Source of the DNA: Steroidobacteraceae bacterium
GTDB taxonomy: Bacteria; Pseudomonadota; Gammaproteobacteria; Steroidobacterales; Steroidobacteraceae
DNA length: 64,000 nt
NCBI GenBank assembly: GCA_036397615.1
Contig: DASWIQ010000118.1
Coordinates: 107,012 to 171,011 of the forward strand
Direction of reading: 5' to 3'
A model generated the notes under the pieces. The model did not search any database and had not been told where the DNA came from. It saw only the letters and a program-made list of their open reading frames with translations. Below, in pieces: positions 1-9,227 of the stretch; position 1 is the stretch's first letter, and each line of letters opens with the position of its first letter. The position numbers were made by a program, and so were the translations under genes.

Positions 1-1291
1 GAAACGCTGGAAGAACTCGCCGCGCGTGCAGTCGCGCATCCGTGAACTCGGGCTTGCCGACGAGTCGGCGCTGCAGGGCTGGTTTGTCGCGCGCCTTGAA
101 CGTTTCTTGAACAGTCACGGCCGACGGCTGATCGGATGGGACGAAATTCTGGAAAGCGGCACTCCCGCGCGCGCCGCCATCATGTCCTGGCGCGGCACCG
201 AAGGGGCGATTGCGGCGGCGCGAACGGGCCACGATGTCGTGATGACACCCGCCCCTGGACTCTATCTCGATCACCTGCAGAGCGATTCGCCGGATGAGCC
301 GCCGGGCCGCCCATCCGTCGTTTCGCTGGCGGACGTCCACGCCTACGAGCCTGTGCCGTCCGGCCTCAACCAGGACGAAGCGTCGCACATCCTGGGCGCG
401 CAGTTGAACGCGTGGACGGAACACATGCGGCTCCCGGAGCGCGTCACCCACCAGGTTTTTCCGCGCGCTGCGGCCATCGCGGAGGTGACCTGGTCGCCCG
501 CCGCCACACGCGACTGGTCCGGCTTTCAGGCGCGACTGCCCGTGCAGTTCGCCCGCTATCGCCGGCTCGGGATGGCCTACGCCGACTCTGCTTTCGAGCC
601 ACGTCTGCGACTGAGCCCTGGCTCGTCGGCGGAACGCCTGCGCGTCGAGCTGGCGAAACAGGCGCCGCTCGGCGAAGTCCGCTATACGCTCGACGGCAGC
701 GCACCGACGGCCGCGTCGCCTGGGTTCCAGGAGAGCATTGAAGCCGAAACCGGTGTGCACTTGAGGGCAGCGACGTACGAGGGCGAACTGCCATTGTCTT
801 CGGAACTCGCGGCCACGCTCGACAGGCGGTTCTTGAACCTGCGAACGGGCGAATCGCTGAAGCAGTGCACCGGCAGCCTCGTGCTGCGGCTCGAGGACGA
901 CGCGCCGCTCGAAGGCGAACGCGCGTTCTTCAATGTCGACATCGTCAATCCCTGCTGGATCTGGCCGAACGCCGATCTCGGGCAGGGCGGCACGTTGCGC
1001 CTCGCCGTCGGACAGCTGCCGTTCAATTTCCAGATCGGTGCGGACGCGGATTCCATCCGTCGCGGCGATGCCCGCACGGCTGCCGGAGAGCTGGAGGTGC
1101 GCGTCGGAAGCTGTGACGCAGAACCGGTTGCCCTGCTGCCGCTGGCGGCCGCCGCTCTCGATCCTGCCGTGACCGTCCTGCCGCCGCTACGCATTCCCCC
1201 GCGACCCGGCCGTCACGACCTGTGCCTGCGGTTCGCGCGGCCGGCTATCGACCCGATCTGGGCAATTCAATGGGTCGAGCTCGGAGACTGA
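1..1291 (+). CDS. beta-N-acetylhexosaminidase (GH20), C-terminal part; 5' end lies outside the window
   Basis: Frame 2 is open from the window edge. The translation (WKNSPRVQSRIRELGLADESALQGWF, IGWDEILE, MSWRG, GAQLNAWTEH) looks like the distal catalytic region of GH20 hexosaminidases. The GTG at 26 in the ORF track is internal. Confidence 0.8.
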   Translation, partial: KRWKNSPRVQSRIRELGLADESALQGWFVARLERFLNSHGRRLIGWDEILESGTPARAAIMSWRGTEGAIAAARTGHDVVMTPAPGLYLDHLQSDSPDEPPGRPSVVSLADVHAYEPVPSGLNQDEASHILGAQLNAWTEHMRLPERVTHQVFPRAAAIAEVTWSPAATRDWSGFQARLPVQFARYRRLGMAYADSAFEPRLRLSPGSSAERLRVELAKQAPLGEVRYTLDGSAPTAASPGFQESIEAETGVHLRAATYEGELPLSSELAATLDRRFLNLRTGESLKQCTGSLVLRLEDDAPLEGERAFFNVDIVNPCWIWPNADLGQGGTLRLAVGQLPFNFQIGADADSIRRGDARTAAGELEVRVGSCDAEPVALLPLAAAALDPAVTVLPPLRIPPRPGRHDLCLRFARPAIDPIWAIQWVELGD

Positions 1292-1295
1292 GGCG

Positions 1296-3803
1296 ATGAC
1301 CGATCTCGTCCTTCGCTCGCCGTTGTCCGGTTGGGTCCTCCCGCTCGAGGAAGTTCCTGATGTAGTCTTCGCCGGAAAGATGATGGGCGACGGACTGGCC
1401 ATCGATCCGATCGATGCGACGCTCCTGTCGCCCTGCGACGGCACGATCATCACGGTTCCCGAGTCTGCGCACGCCGTGACGGTCCGGGCCATGAACGGCG
1501 CCGAACTCCTGCTCCACGTCGGCATCGACACGGTGAACCTGAAGGGCGCGGGATTCACGATGCTTGCGCGTGCCGGACAGTCCGTTCGGACCGGCGAACC
1601 GCTGATACGCTTCGATCTCGACTGCCTGGCGCGCACAGCCAGGAGTCTCGTAACCCCGGTCATCCTCACGCAGCCGGAACGCTTCCTGATCGTCGAGCGG
1701 CATGCGGCGGGTCGCCTCCGCGCCGGCGACGGCCTGATGACGATACGCGACGCGGGCGCCGTGGCCACGGCCGGTGTCGGCGGTATTGCCGGGTCCACGA
1801 TCGCGAGTTCGCTCGACGTGCCGCTGCCGCATGGACTGCATGCGCGGCCGGCGGCACTCCTGGCCCAGAGCCTCAAGAGCCTCCGCGCGGATGTTTCGCT
1901 ATCGCTGCGTGGACGCACGGTGAATGCGCGTAGCGCCGTCGCCCTGATGTCGCTCGGCGCGCGCCATGGCGACCGCCTGGCCGTCAGCGCATCCGGAGTC
2001 GATGCGGCCATCGTGCACGCCGCGCTGGAGAAAGCCTTTGCGAGCGCACTCGCTGTGGGTGGCGCGACGGTCGCAACGAAGCACCATGCCTCGCCGGCGC
2101 GCTCGTCCGTGCCGGGCGAGTTCACCGGCCTCGTCGCGTCCGGCGGCCTTGCGCTCGGCCGGGCCGTGCGCATCGCGCGCCGGGAGCCTGTCGTGGCGGA
2201 GGACGGCGACGGAGCACACCGGGAACTGCAAGGGCTCGACGACGCGCGCGAGCGCCTGCGAATGCGCCTCGCGCGGCTCGCGCCGCCGGGTGACGGCACG
2301 CGCGCCGGAATCGTCGGCGCTCACCTCGAGTTCCTCGACGACCCGGAGTTGATCGCGTCCGCGCACAAGCAGATCGCCGAGGGCAGGAGTGCCGGTTTCG
2401 CCTGGCGCGCCGCCGTGCGCGAAGCCGTCCGCGCGCTCGAATCGCTCGACGATGCCCACCTCGCCGCCCGCGTGGACGACTTGCTCGATCTCGAGTTGCA
2501 ACTCCTGGAAATGCTGGCGGGCGCCGCTGAACCCGCGGCCGCAATGCTGCCGGAGCGCGCAATCCTGCTCGCTCGGGACCTCTTGCCGTCCCAGTTCCTG
2601 GCGCTCGATGCCGCCCGCATCGCAGGCGTCTGCACGATCAGCCGGGCCGCGACTTCGCACGTCGCGATCCTTGCGGGCGCGATGGGGCTGCCGATGCTGA
2701 CGGGCGTCGACGCCGAACTGCTTTCGATCGCGGACGGCACGCCGCTCCTGCTCGACGCGGATCGCGGCCGGTTGACGATCGAACCTGGCGACGCGGAAAC
2801 GGCCGCGGCCGAAAAGCGGATCGCGGAACGCGCGCGGATCCACGCGCGGCTCCTGACCGCCGCCGCCTTCGACTGTCGAACCGCTGACGGCGAGCGCATC
2901 GAGGTGTTCGCCAACGTCGGGTCGGTCGCGGAAGCGGGCGCAGCCGTCGCCTCCGGAGCAGAAGGCTGCGGTCTGCTGCGCACCGAGTTCCTGTTCCTGG
3001 ATCGAACCGAACCGCCGGACGAAGTCGAGCAGACCCGCAGGTACGAGGAGGTCGTGGCGGCCTTTGCGGGGCGTCCGGTCGTCGTGCGGACGCTCGACGC
3101 CGGGAGCGACAAGGCGATTCCATTTCTCGCCATGCCGCCGCAGGACAATCCGGCGCTCGGACTGCGCGGCATCCGCGCGAGCCTTTGGCGGCCGGAACTG
3201 CTGCGGACGCAACTCGCCGCGATACTTGCCGTGCGCCCGGCCGATCGCTGCCGAATTCTGCTGCCGATGGTCAACGAAGTCGCGGAAATCGAGGCCGTCC
3301 GGCGCATCGTCGAGGAAATCGCCGCGAGCTCGCACGGCATTGCGCGGATTCCGATCGGCATCATGATCGAAACGCCCGCCTCTGCCTTGTGCGCCGTACG
3401 GCTGGCCCGGCACGCCGATTTCTTTTCGATCGGCACCAACGACCTCACGCAGTACGTGCTCGCCGTCGATCGCACGCATCCGCTGCTCGCGGCCGAGCTC
3501 GACGCCCTTAATCCGGCCGTGCTGCGGCTGATCGGCGGCGTCTGTGCCGCCGCCCAGGCGGCCGGGCGTGGCGTGGCCGTCTGCGGCGGGCTTGCCTCGG
3601 ATCCGGTCGCCGCGCCGATCCTGGTCGGCCTCGGCGTCGGCGAACTGTCGGCGATTCCGGCGATGATTCCGGCAGTGAAGGACACCGTGCGCCGGCATAC
3701 GCTCGCCCGATGCCGCGACCTGGCCCGCGCCGCGCTCGAGCTCGACTCGGCGCCGGCCGTGCGCGCCCTGCTCGCGACATTCGACGCCGGGGACAAACCA
3801 TGA
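1296..3803 (+). CDS. nagF: PTS multiphosphoryl transfer protein, fused EIIA(Glc-type)-HPr-Enzyme I
   Basis: Three domains are recognisable: EIIA (PLSGWVLPLEEVPDVVFAGKMMGDG, LLLHVGIDTVNLKG), HPr (GLHARPAA) and Enzyme I (ATSHVAILAGAMGLP, FFSIGTNDLTQY). The stop overlaps the next start (ATGA at 3800-3803). The symbol is by analogy to the Pseudomonas nagF-nagE arrangement. Confidence 0.9.
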   Translation: MTDLVLRSPLSGWVLPLEEVPDVVFAGKMMGDGLAIDPIDATLLSPCDGTIITVPESAHAVTVRAMNGAELLLHVGIDTVNLKGAGFTMLARAGQSVRTGEPLIRFDLDCLARTARSLVTPVILTQPERFLIVERHAAGRLRAGDGLMTIRDAGAVATAGVGGIAGSTIASSLDVPLPHGLHARPAALLAQSLKSLRADVSLSLRGRTVNARSAVALMSLGARHGDRLAVSASGVDAAIVHAALEKAFASALAVGGATVATKHHASPARSSVPGEFTGLVASGGLALGRAVRIARREPVVAEDGDGAHRELQGLDDARERLRMRLARLAPPGDGTRAGIVGAHLEFLDDPELIASAHKQIAEGRSAGFAWRAAVREAVRALESLDDAHLAARVDDLLDLELQLLEMLAGAAEPAAAMLPERAILLARDLLPSQFLALDAARIAGVCTISRAATSHVAILAGAMGLPMLTGVDAELLSIADGTPLLLDADRGRLTIEPGDAETAAAEKRIAERARIHARLLTAAAFDCRTADGERIEVFANVGSVAEAGAAVASGAEGCGLLRTEFLFLDRTEPPDEVEQTRRYEEVVAAFAGRPVVVRTLDAGSDKAIPFLAMPPQDNPALGLRGIRASLWRPELLRTQLAAILAVRPADRCRILLPMVNEVAEIEAVRRIVEEIAASSHGIARIPIGIMIETPASALCAVRLARHADFFSIGTNDLTQYVLAVDRTHPLLAAELDALNPAVLRLIGGVCAAAQAAGRGVAVCGGLASDPVAAPILVGLGVGELSAIPAMIPAVKDTVRRHTLARCRDLARAALELDSAPAVRALLATFDAGDKP

Positions 3804-5473
3804 GCCGCTGGTTCTCCGGGATGCAGCAATTCGGGCGGGCGCTCATGTTGCCGATCGCCGTGCTGCCGATCGCCGGCCTGCTCCTGCGCCTGGGCCAACC
3901 CGATCTCCTGGATCTGCCCGCGGTCGCCGCCGCGGGACAGGCCATCTTCGCGAATCTCGGCATCCTGTTCGCGATTGGAATCGCCGTCGGCATTGCGCGC
4001 GAAAACCATGGCGCGGCGGGACTCGCGGCCGTCGTCTGCTATTTCGTCGCGACGCGGGGCGCCGAAGTGCTGGCCGGCGTGGCTGTCGGCACGCTCACCA
4101 AACTTTCAGTGCCGGTCGGTCTTCTCTCCGGCTGCCTCGCCGGCTGGCTTTACAACCGATACAGCGAATTGCGACTGCCGAGTTATCTCGCATTCTTCGG
4201 AGGCCGGAGATTCGTGCCGATCGTCGCCGGCGTCGCGGGTCTCGTCCTGGCCGGCGTCTTCGGCTGGGGCTGGCCGGTGGTCGAGCGAGGCATGGATACG
4301 CTGAGCCGGGCCATCCTCGAATCCGGCGAGATCGGGCTCTTCGTTTACGGGGTCCTGAACCGGTTCCTGATCATCACCGGCCTGCACCATGTGCTGAACA
4401 ACCTCGCTTGGTTCCTGGTCGGCGATTACGGCGGCGCGACCGGCGATCTCAACCGCTTCTTCGCCGGGGATCCGAGCGCCGGCGTTTTCATGTCCGGATT
4501 CTTCCCCGTGATGATGTTCGGGCTTCCGGCTGCCTGTCTTGCGATGTATCACGCGGCGCCGGCCGGGCGCCGCCGGGCTGCCGGCGGCCTGCTGCTGTCG
4601 ATGGCGCTGACTTCGTTTCTGACCGGCGTCACCGAGCCGATCGAATTCACGTTCGTGTTCCTCGCTCCGGCGCTCTACGTCCTGCACGCGGTGCTGACTG
4701 GCACGGCGATGGTTCTCATGGATCTGCTCGGCGTGCGGCTCGGCTTCGGTTTCTCGGCAGGACTCTTCGATTACCTGCTGAACTACGGCAAGGCGACGCA
4801 GCCTCTACTGATGCTGCCGGTCGGCGTGCTCTATTTCGCGGTCTATTACCTGGCGTTTCGCTTCGTGATCGCGCGTTTCGATCTGAAGACGCCCGGTCGC
4901 GAGTCCGAGGACATGCCTGCCGTATCGGCCGCCTCCGCGTCGGGCGATGAGGGCGACGGCTCCGCGTTCGTGGCCGCGCTCGGCGGCGCCGCCAACATTC
5001 GGGCGCTGGACGCCTGCACGACGCGACTTCGGGTTTCGGTCGCGAGACAGGACGCTGTCGACGAGGCGGCGCTCAAAAAACTCGGGGCGCGGGGCCTCGT
5101 GAGGCCCTCGGCCGAGGCCTTGCAGGTCGTCGTCGGGCCGATCGCAGATCAGCTCGCCGGCGAAATCAAACGCCACCTGCGCTCGCAATCCCGGGATGCC
5201 GGCGAATCGGTCGATCCCGTTCCATTGCTGGCGGCCCTGGGCGATGCCGGCAATGTCCGGGAAGCGGCCGTCGCCTCGACCCGACTGTTGTTCACGATCA
5301 AGGATGAGGGAGCTGTGGACGAGTCAGCGCTTTCCGCCGCCGCCCCTCGCGGCTTTGCCCGGCCCTCGCAGGGCAGCGTGCATGTCCTGATCGGCCCCAA
5401 GGCGGAGCGGATGCATGCAGCGATTCAAGCACTGCTGGAGCGTCTAGCCGAACCCCGCGAACCAATGCGGTAA
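3800..5473 (+). CDS. nagE: PTS N-acetylglucosamine-type transporter EIIC-EIIB, with a second Cys-less EIIB-like repeat
   Basis: The N-terminus (MSRWFSGMQQFGRALMLPIAVLPIAGLLLRLG) and multi-TM body fit the glucose/GlcNAc EIIC family. The EIIB motif NIRALDACTTRLRV is present. I chose the ATG at 3800, not 3710, because of the ATGA coupling and the typical N-terminus. Confidence 0.9.
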   Translation: MSRWFSGMQQFGRALMLPIAVLPIAGLLLRLGQPDLLDLPAVAAAGQAIFANLGILFAIGIAVGIARENHGAAGLAAVVCYFVATRGAEVLAGVAVGTLTKLSVPVGLLSGCLAGWLYNRYSELRLPSYLAFFGGRRFVPIVAGVAGLVLAGVFGWGWPVVERGMDTLSRAILESGEIGLFVYGVLNRFLIITGLHHVLNNLAWFLVGDYGGATGDLNRFFAGDPSAGVFMSGFFPVMMFGLPAACLAMYHAAPAGRRRAAGGLLLSMALTSFLTGVTEPIEFTFVFLAPALYVLHAVLTGTAMVLMDLLGVRLGFGFSAGLFDYLLNYGKATQPLLMLPVGVLYFAVYYLAFRFVIARFDLKTPGRESEDMPAVSAASASGDEGDGSAFVAALGGAANIRALDACTTRLRVSVARQDAVDEAALKKLGARGLVRPSAEALQVVVGPIADQLAGEIKRHLRSQSRDAGESVDPVPLLAALGDAGNVREAAVASTRLLFTIKDEGAVDESALSAAAPRGFARPSQGSVHVLIGPKAERMHAAIQALLERLAEPREPMR

Positions 5474-7228
5474 CCAAAGGCTCATTTGCGGGAACATCGT
5501 TATCAGTGCGACACCCAGCGCAAGCACGGCAAGCATCGGCAGGGTCGCACGCGCCACCTCGAGCATCGGACGCCGGAATCGTGACGCGGACATGAGCAGA
5601 TTGAGGCCGATCGGCGGCATCAGATAGCCGAGCTCGAGGCTCGCCAGCATGATCACGCCCAGGTGAATCGGGTCGACGTCGAAGGCGAGCGCGACCGGCA
5701 CGATGAGCGGCGCGACCACGATGATCGCCGAGAATATCTCGATCACGCAGCCGAGCACGACCATCACGAGATTCAATATCAGCAGGAAGATCCACGGCGA
5801 ATCGATTGCGGCGTCGATCCAGACCGTGAGCCGATCCGGCACGTGCTCGGTGATCAGCAGGTTCGTGAGGCCCATGGCCGTCCCGAGAATCAGGAGCACG
5901 CCGCCCACGAGCAGCCCGCATTCGCACAGGACTTCGACCAGGCGTTCGCCGCGCGGAAGGTCGCGGTTGATGAGCGCGGCGACGAGGATCGCATAGGCTG
6001 CGGTCAGCGCTGCCGCGGGAACCGGCAGCACGAAGCCACCGAATATCAGGACGATCGGCACGACGGGCAGCATCAGGTCCCACTTCGCTCGCCACGTCGT
6101 CGCCATCGCGCGCCTCCGGCTGAAGCGCTGCCGCCGGCCGGCGGTCGGCGATATGGCAACACCCCAGCCACAGGCGAGCGCCACCATCAGCAAACCGGGC
6201 AGCGCGCCGCCGAGGAACATCGACTCGATCGATACGTCGGCGACGATCGAATAGAGGATCAGCGGCAGGCAGGGAGCGAACAGCACGCCGAGCGACCCCG
6301 CGCCGGTGACGAGGCCGAGCGCCGCGCGCTCCTCATATCGGGAGGACATCAGGATCGGCATCAGCAGGCCGCCGAGCGCAAGGATCGTGATTCCGGAACC
6401 GCCCGTAAACGCCGTGAAAAAGGCGCAGGCGAATACCGTGACGACAGCGGGTCCGCCGCGCAGATGTCCGGTCCACGCGCGCAGCAGTCGTACGAGTCGC
6501 TGCGCGGCGCCCGTCGATGTCACGATGTAGCCGGCCAGCGTGAAGAGCGGCAGCGTCGCCAGCAGCGGGTTGGTCACCTGATCGTAATGGTCGAGCGGCA
6601 CGGATGCGATCGGGTCGCCGACGCTGATGAAGAAGATGAGCGCGATGCCGGCGAGACCGGTGAAGAGCGGCGCGCCGAAGAGAATCGCGAAGCCGAGCGC
6701 GACGAGTAGCGGAGTCCGGATCGCCGGCAGGCCGCCATCGAGCTGCGCGACCGCCGCCGCCGCCGCAACCGCCATCGCGAGTATGACCGCGCGCGCGGCA
6801 TTGCCGGCGGCGGCGTGACGCGCGAGCCTGAGCGTGATGAACGCGAACCCGGCCGGCATGACCGCCTGCAGCGCGATGCGCGGGACGCCGAATGCGAGGA
6901 TGCTCGACGCGGCCGCTTCCTGCGACACGAACTGCCACGCCGCAAGTGTCAGGATCGCCGTGACCGTCGTCGCCACGAGGCCGGTGCCGGCCTCGATCGT
7001 GGATTTCCAGCGCGCCGGAACCGCGTGCGCAAACGTCCCCATCGACAGCAGCCGGCCCTCGCGCGCCGCCGCCATGCCGCCCAGCATCCCGACGACGAGC
7101 GTCAGGTGGCGGATCAATTCGTCGACATTCACGAAGTCCGTGCTCGCGCTCGCGACGCCCAACAAGACGAGCAGCGCGAGCACCGCCGCGAGCAGCAGGT
7201 CCTCGATGCGCTGGACGAAAGCGATCAC
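5444..7228 (-). CDS. TRAP transporter fused small/large permease (DctQ-DctM, TatQM-like)
   Basis: About 594 aa, highly hydrophobic and DctM-like (PLFTLAGYIV, GGSGITILALGGLLMPIL, LELGYLMPPIGLNLL). The 951-aa ORF in the track is an artefactual read-through. A GTG at 7228 overlaps the upstream stop (GTGA). Confidence 0.85.
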   Translation of the reverse strand: MIAFVQRIEDLLLAAVLALLVLLGVASASTDFVNVDELIRHLTLVVGMLGGMAAAREGRLLSMGTFAHAVPARWKSTIEAGTGLVATTVTAILTLAAWQFVSQEAAASSILAFGVPRIALQAVMPAGFAFITLRLARHAAAGNAARAVILAMAVAAAAAVAQLDGGLPAIRTPLLVALGFAILFGAPLFTGLAGIALIFFISVGDPIASVPLDHYDQVTNPLLATLPLFTLAGYIVTSTGAAQRLVRLLRAWTGHLRGGPAVVTVFACAFFTAFTGGSGITILALGGLLMPILMSSRYEERAALGLVTGAGSLGVLFAPCLPLILYSIVADVSIESMFLGGALPGLLMVALACGWGVAISPTAGRRQRFSRRRAMATTWRAKWDLMLPVVPIVLIFGGFVLPVPAAALTAAYAILVAALINRDLPRGERLVEVLCECGLLVGGVLLILGTAMGLTNLLITEHVPDRLTVWIDAAIDSPWIFLLILNLVMVVLGCVIEIFSAIIVVAPLIVPVALAFDVDPIHLGVIMLASLELGYLMPPIGLNLLMSASRFRRPMLEVARATLPMLAVLALGVALITMFPQMSLWLPHWFAGFG

Positions 7229-8244
7229 GAGCCCGTGGCGCGCCTGGCTTTCAGGGTTTCGACCGTGGCGTCGTATATCGGGGCCGGGATGATCTTGCCC
7301 CGCAGGAGCGGATACTTGCGCGCGACCTCCGCGCGCCATTCCCGTTCGGCCTCCGGCGTCAGCGTCGTGACCTTGAGGCCCATCTTGTCCTTCATGGCCT
7401 GCACGGTTTCCTCGTCCTCGAGCCGGCTCGCGCGGCGCATCTCGTGGCCGGCGCGATCGGAAGTTTCGCGGAGCCAGGCCTGCGTCTTCGCGTCCAGTTG
7501 ATTCCAGGCCCGCTCGGTGAGGACCATCGCGCCCGTGACCGGCGCCCAGCGCAGGTCCAGCATGTACGGCGCGTAGGTCGGCACCTGATTGAAGTTTGCG
7601 AGGAACGGCGGGACCGGCAGCGCGTCGATCATGCCGTTCCGGAGGCCGAGCAGGATCTGGTCGGGCTCGAGCACGACCGGGGTGTAGTAGTCCTTGAAGA
7701 TCTCGACGGTCTCCGGATCGCCGGAGCTCGCGTAGACCCGCATCGACTTCAGGTCGCGGAGACTCCGGATGGGCTTGTTCGAAAAATAGCGGACCCAGCC
7801 CGCGTCGGCCCAGAACATCACGACATAGCCCGCTTTGCGCAGCCGCGCCTCCAAGTCCGGCTGTAGCCGCTCGCGGACCCGGTCGACGTCGTCCCAGTCG
7901 CGGAACATGAGCGGAAAGTACTGCAACGCGGTCACTGAGCGATCGATCTGTGCGAGCCCGACCGCGGTCAGCATCGCGCCCTGGAGCTGCCCGATGCGCA
8001 TTCGGCGGACGATCTGCGGCTCCCCTCCCTGCGTGCCCGCGTAGATGTTCATCGAGACCCCGCCCGGTCCGCGCGACCATTCGGCGCCGAGCGACTGGAG
8101 CCGCTTGTGGAAGGACGACCCGGCCGGCGCGACCGTCGCGACACGCAGTCGGCCTGCGTCGGCGGCACTCGCGGTCGGTGCGACGACCGTCCCAAGCGAC
8201 ATCACGCCAGCGAACAAGGCGAGTCCAATGCGGGCGATGCTCAT
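7225..8244 (-). CDS. TRAP transporter substrate-binding protein (DctP family, TatP-like)
   Basis: Signal peptide MSIARIGLALFAGVMSLGTVVAPTASA. DctP-like body (LRVATVAPAGSSFHKRL, GQLQGAMLT, VMFWADAGW). Start overlaps the tatT-like stop (ATGA at 8241-8244). Confidence 0.85.
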   Translation of the reverse strand: MSIARIGLALFAGVMSLGTVVAPTASAADAGRLRVATVAPAGSSFHKRLQSLGAEWSRGPGGVSMNIYAGTQGGEPQIVRRMRIGQLQGAMLTAVGLAQIDRSVTALQYFPLMFRDWDDVDRVRERLQPDLEARLRKAGYVVMFWADAGWVRYFSNKPIRSLRDLKSMRVYASSGDPETVEIFKDYYTPVVLEPDQILLGLRNGMIDALPVPPFLANFNQVPTYAPYMLDLRWAPVTGAMVLTERAWNQLDAKTQAWLRETSDRAGHEMRRASRLEDEETVQAMKDKMGLKVTTLTPEAEREWRAEVARKYPLLRGKIIPAPIYDATVETLKARRATGS

Positions 8245-9227
8245 GGCAAGGCGCCTCCGTTGCCGGCCGCCTCGTCGAGCGGCGGGAGGATCCAGTCATC
8301 GAGATGGGCGGCGAGCCACGAAGCGCGCCGCTGCATCACGGTGTTGGCGAGCCGGGTCGGCGGATCGTCTTCGGCATCTATTTTCAGCGCAGCGTCGATC
8401 GACCCTTCGAAGCAGGCACGGTCCTCCTGCGGCAGGCAGACGGCCTCGGCCCAGGAGACATACGGTCCGGCGGCCCTGCCCTCGCTCAGTACGACGGCGC
8501 GATCGAAATGCGCTCGCGCATTGACCGTGCGATCTCCCGGCATGTCCGGACGGGCCATCGAATAACCGATCAGGAAAGAATGTATCGCGCCGCGGTCCCA
8601 GCCCTCGTCGAGCACGAGCGAACGATCGATGAGCGCCGACACGATTGCGAGATCCGCGACCAGCGCCGGATCGTCCTTGCCGAGCGCAATCGTGCCGGCC
8701 CATGAAACGGCGGTCCAGTAGAGGAGATCCACGTCCTCCTTGTCGGCTTGCTGAACGGTCGCTGCGTGATCGGCGCGGAGTCCCGCGCTGAAGCCCGGGT
8801 GCACGACGTCCAGCCCGCGGAGCCCGTAGTCGCGCGCGCGCAGGTACAGCCGGCGCGCCCGGTTCCAGGCCTCCCAGGCGCGATCGGTGTCCTCGAGCGC
8901 GAGCATGTCGCCCTGCTGCTGCACGAATGCATACGAGTACTGCGTGAATGCGGCGGCGGTCGCCGCGAGCAGTTCGCGGTGCCCGGGTGTCTCGGCGAGC
9001 ACGCTCTCCATCAGCTTCAGGCTGAACGGCAGCGCGGCGCCGACGAGCTCGGGATCGTCGTCGCCGGCGTAGGTCGTGCCCGAGGCGGCCAGCGTGTTGG
9101 CGATGCGATTCGCGGCGAAGCGCTCGACCGAACAGCCGGCAAGGGTCGCCACGAGCACGAGCAGCGTGAAGCGGGTCCCGATTCCCGGCGTACTGATCAT
9201 CGGCCGCCGATCATACACCGCACTCAT
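8241..9227 (-). CDS. TRAP transporter TatT-component family lipoprotein (TPR-like)
   Basis: Lipobox LVATLAGC, followed by an all-helical TPR-like body (LPFSLKLMESVL, YSYAFVQQQ, LLYWTAVSWAG, DEGWDRGAIHSFLI) typical of TatT proteins. It sits directly upstream of the DctP and DctQM genes. An alternative start lies at 9200 (MISTPGIG). Confidence 0.7.
   Translation of the reverse strand: MSAVYDRRPMISTPGIGTRFTLLVLVATLAGCSVERFAANRIANTLAASGTTYAGDDDPELVGAALPFSLKLMESVLAETPGHRELLAATAAAFTQYSYAFVQQQGDMLALEDTDRAWEAWNRARRLYLRARDYGLRGLDVVHPGFSAGLRADHAATVQQADKEDVDLLYWTAVSWAGTIALGKDDPALVADLAIVSALIDRSLVLDEGWDRGAIHSFLIGYSMARPDMPGDRTVNARAHFDRAVVLSEGRAAGPYVSWAEAVCLPQEDRACFEGSIDAALKIDAEDDPPTRLANTVMQRRASWLAAHLDDWILPPLDEAAGNGGALP

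Noticed and set aside
1899-4009. Long minus-strand ORFs (599 aa and 562 aa) antisense to the PTS EI/NagE genes
   Set aside because: The translations are Arg/Ala/Gly-rich and low in complexity, with no recognisable motifs. They are typical GC-driven shadow ORFs opposite genes that carry unambiguous PTS motifs.
5444-8299. 951-aa ORF suggesting a giant TRAP fusion protein
   Set aside because: Its N-terminal ~355 residues are Arg-rich and overlap, in another frame, the well-supported DctP-type gene. The GTG at 7228 with a GTGA overlap gives a normal ~594-aa DctQM fusion.
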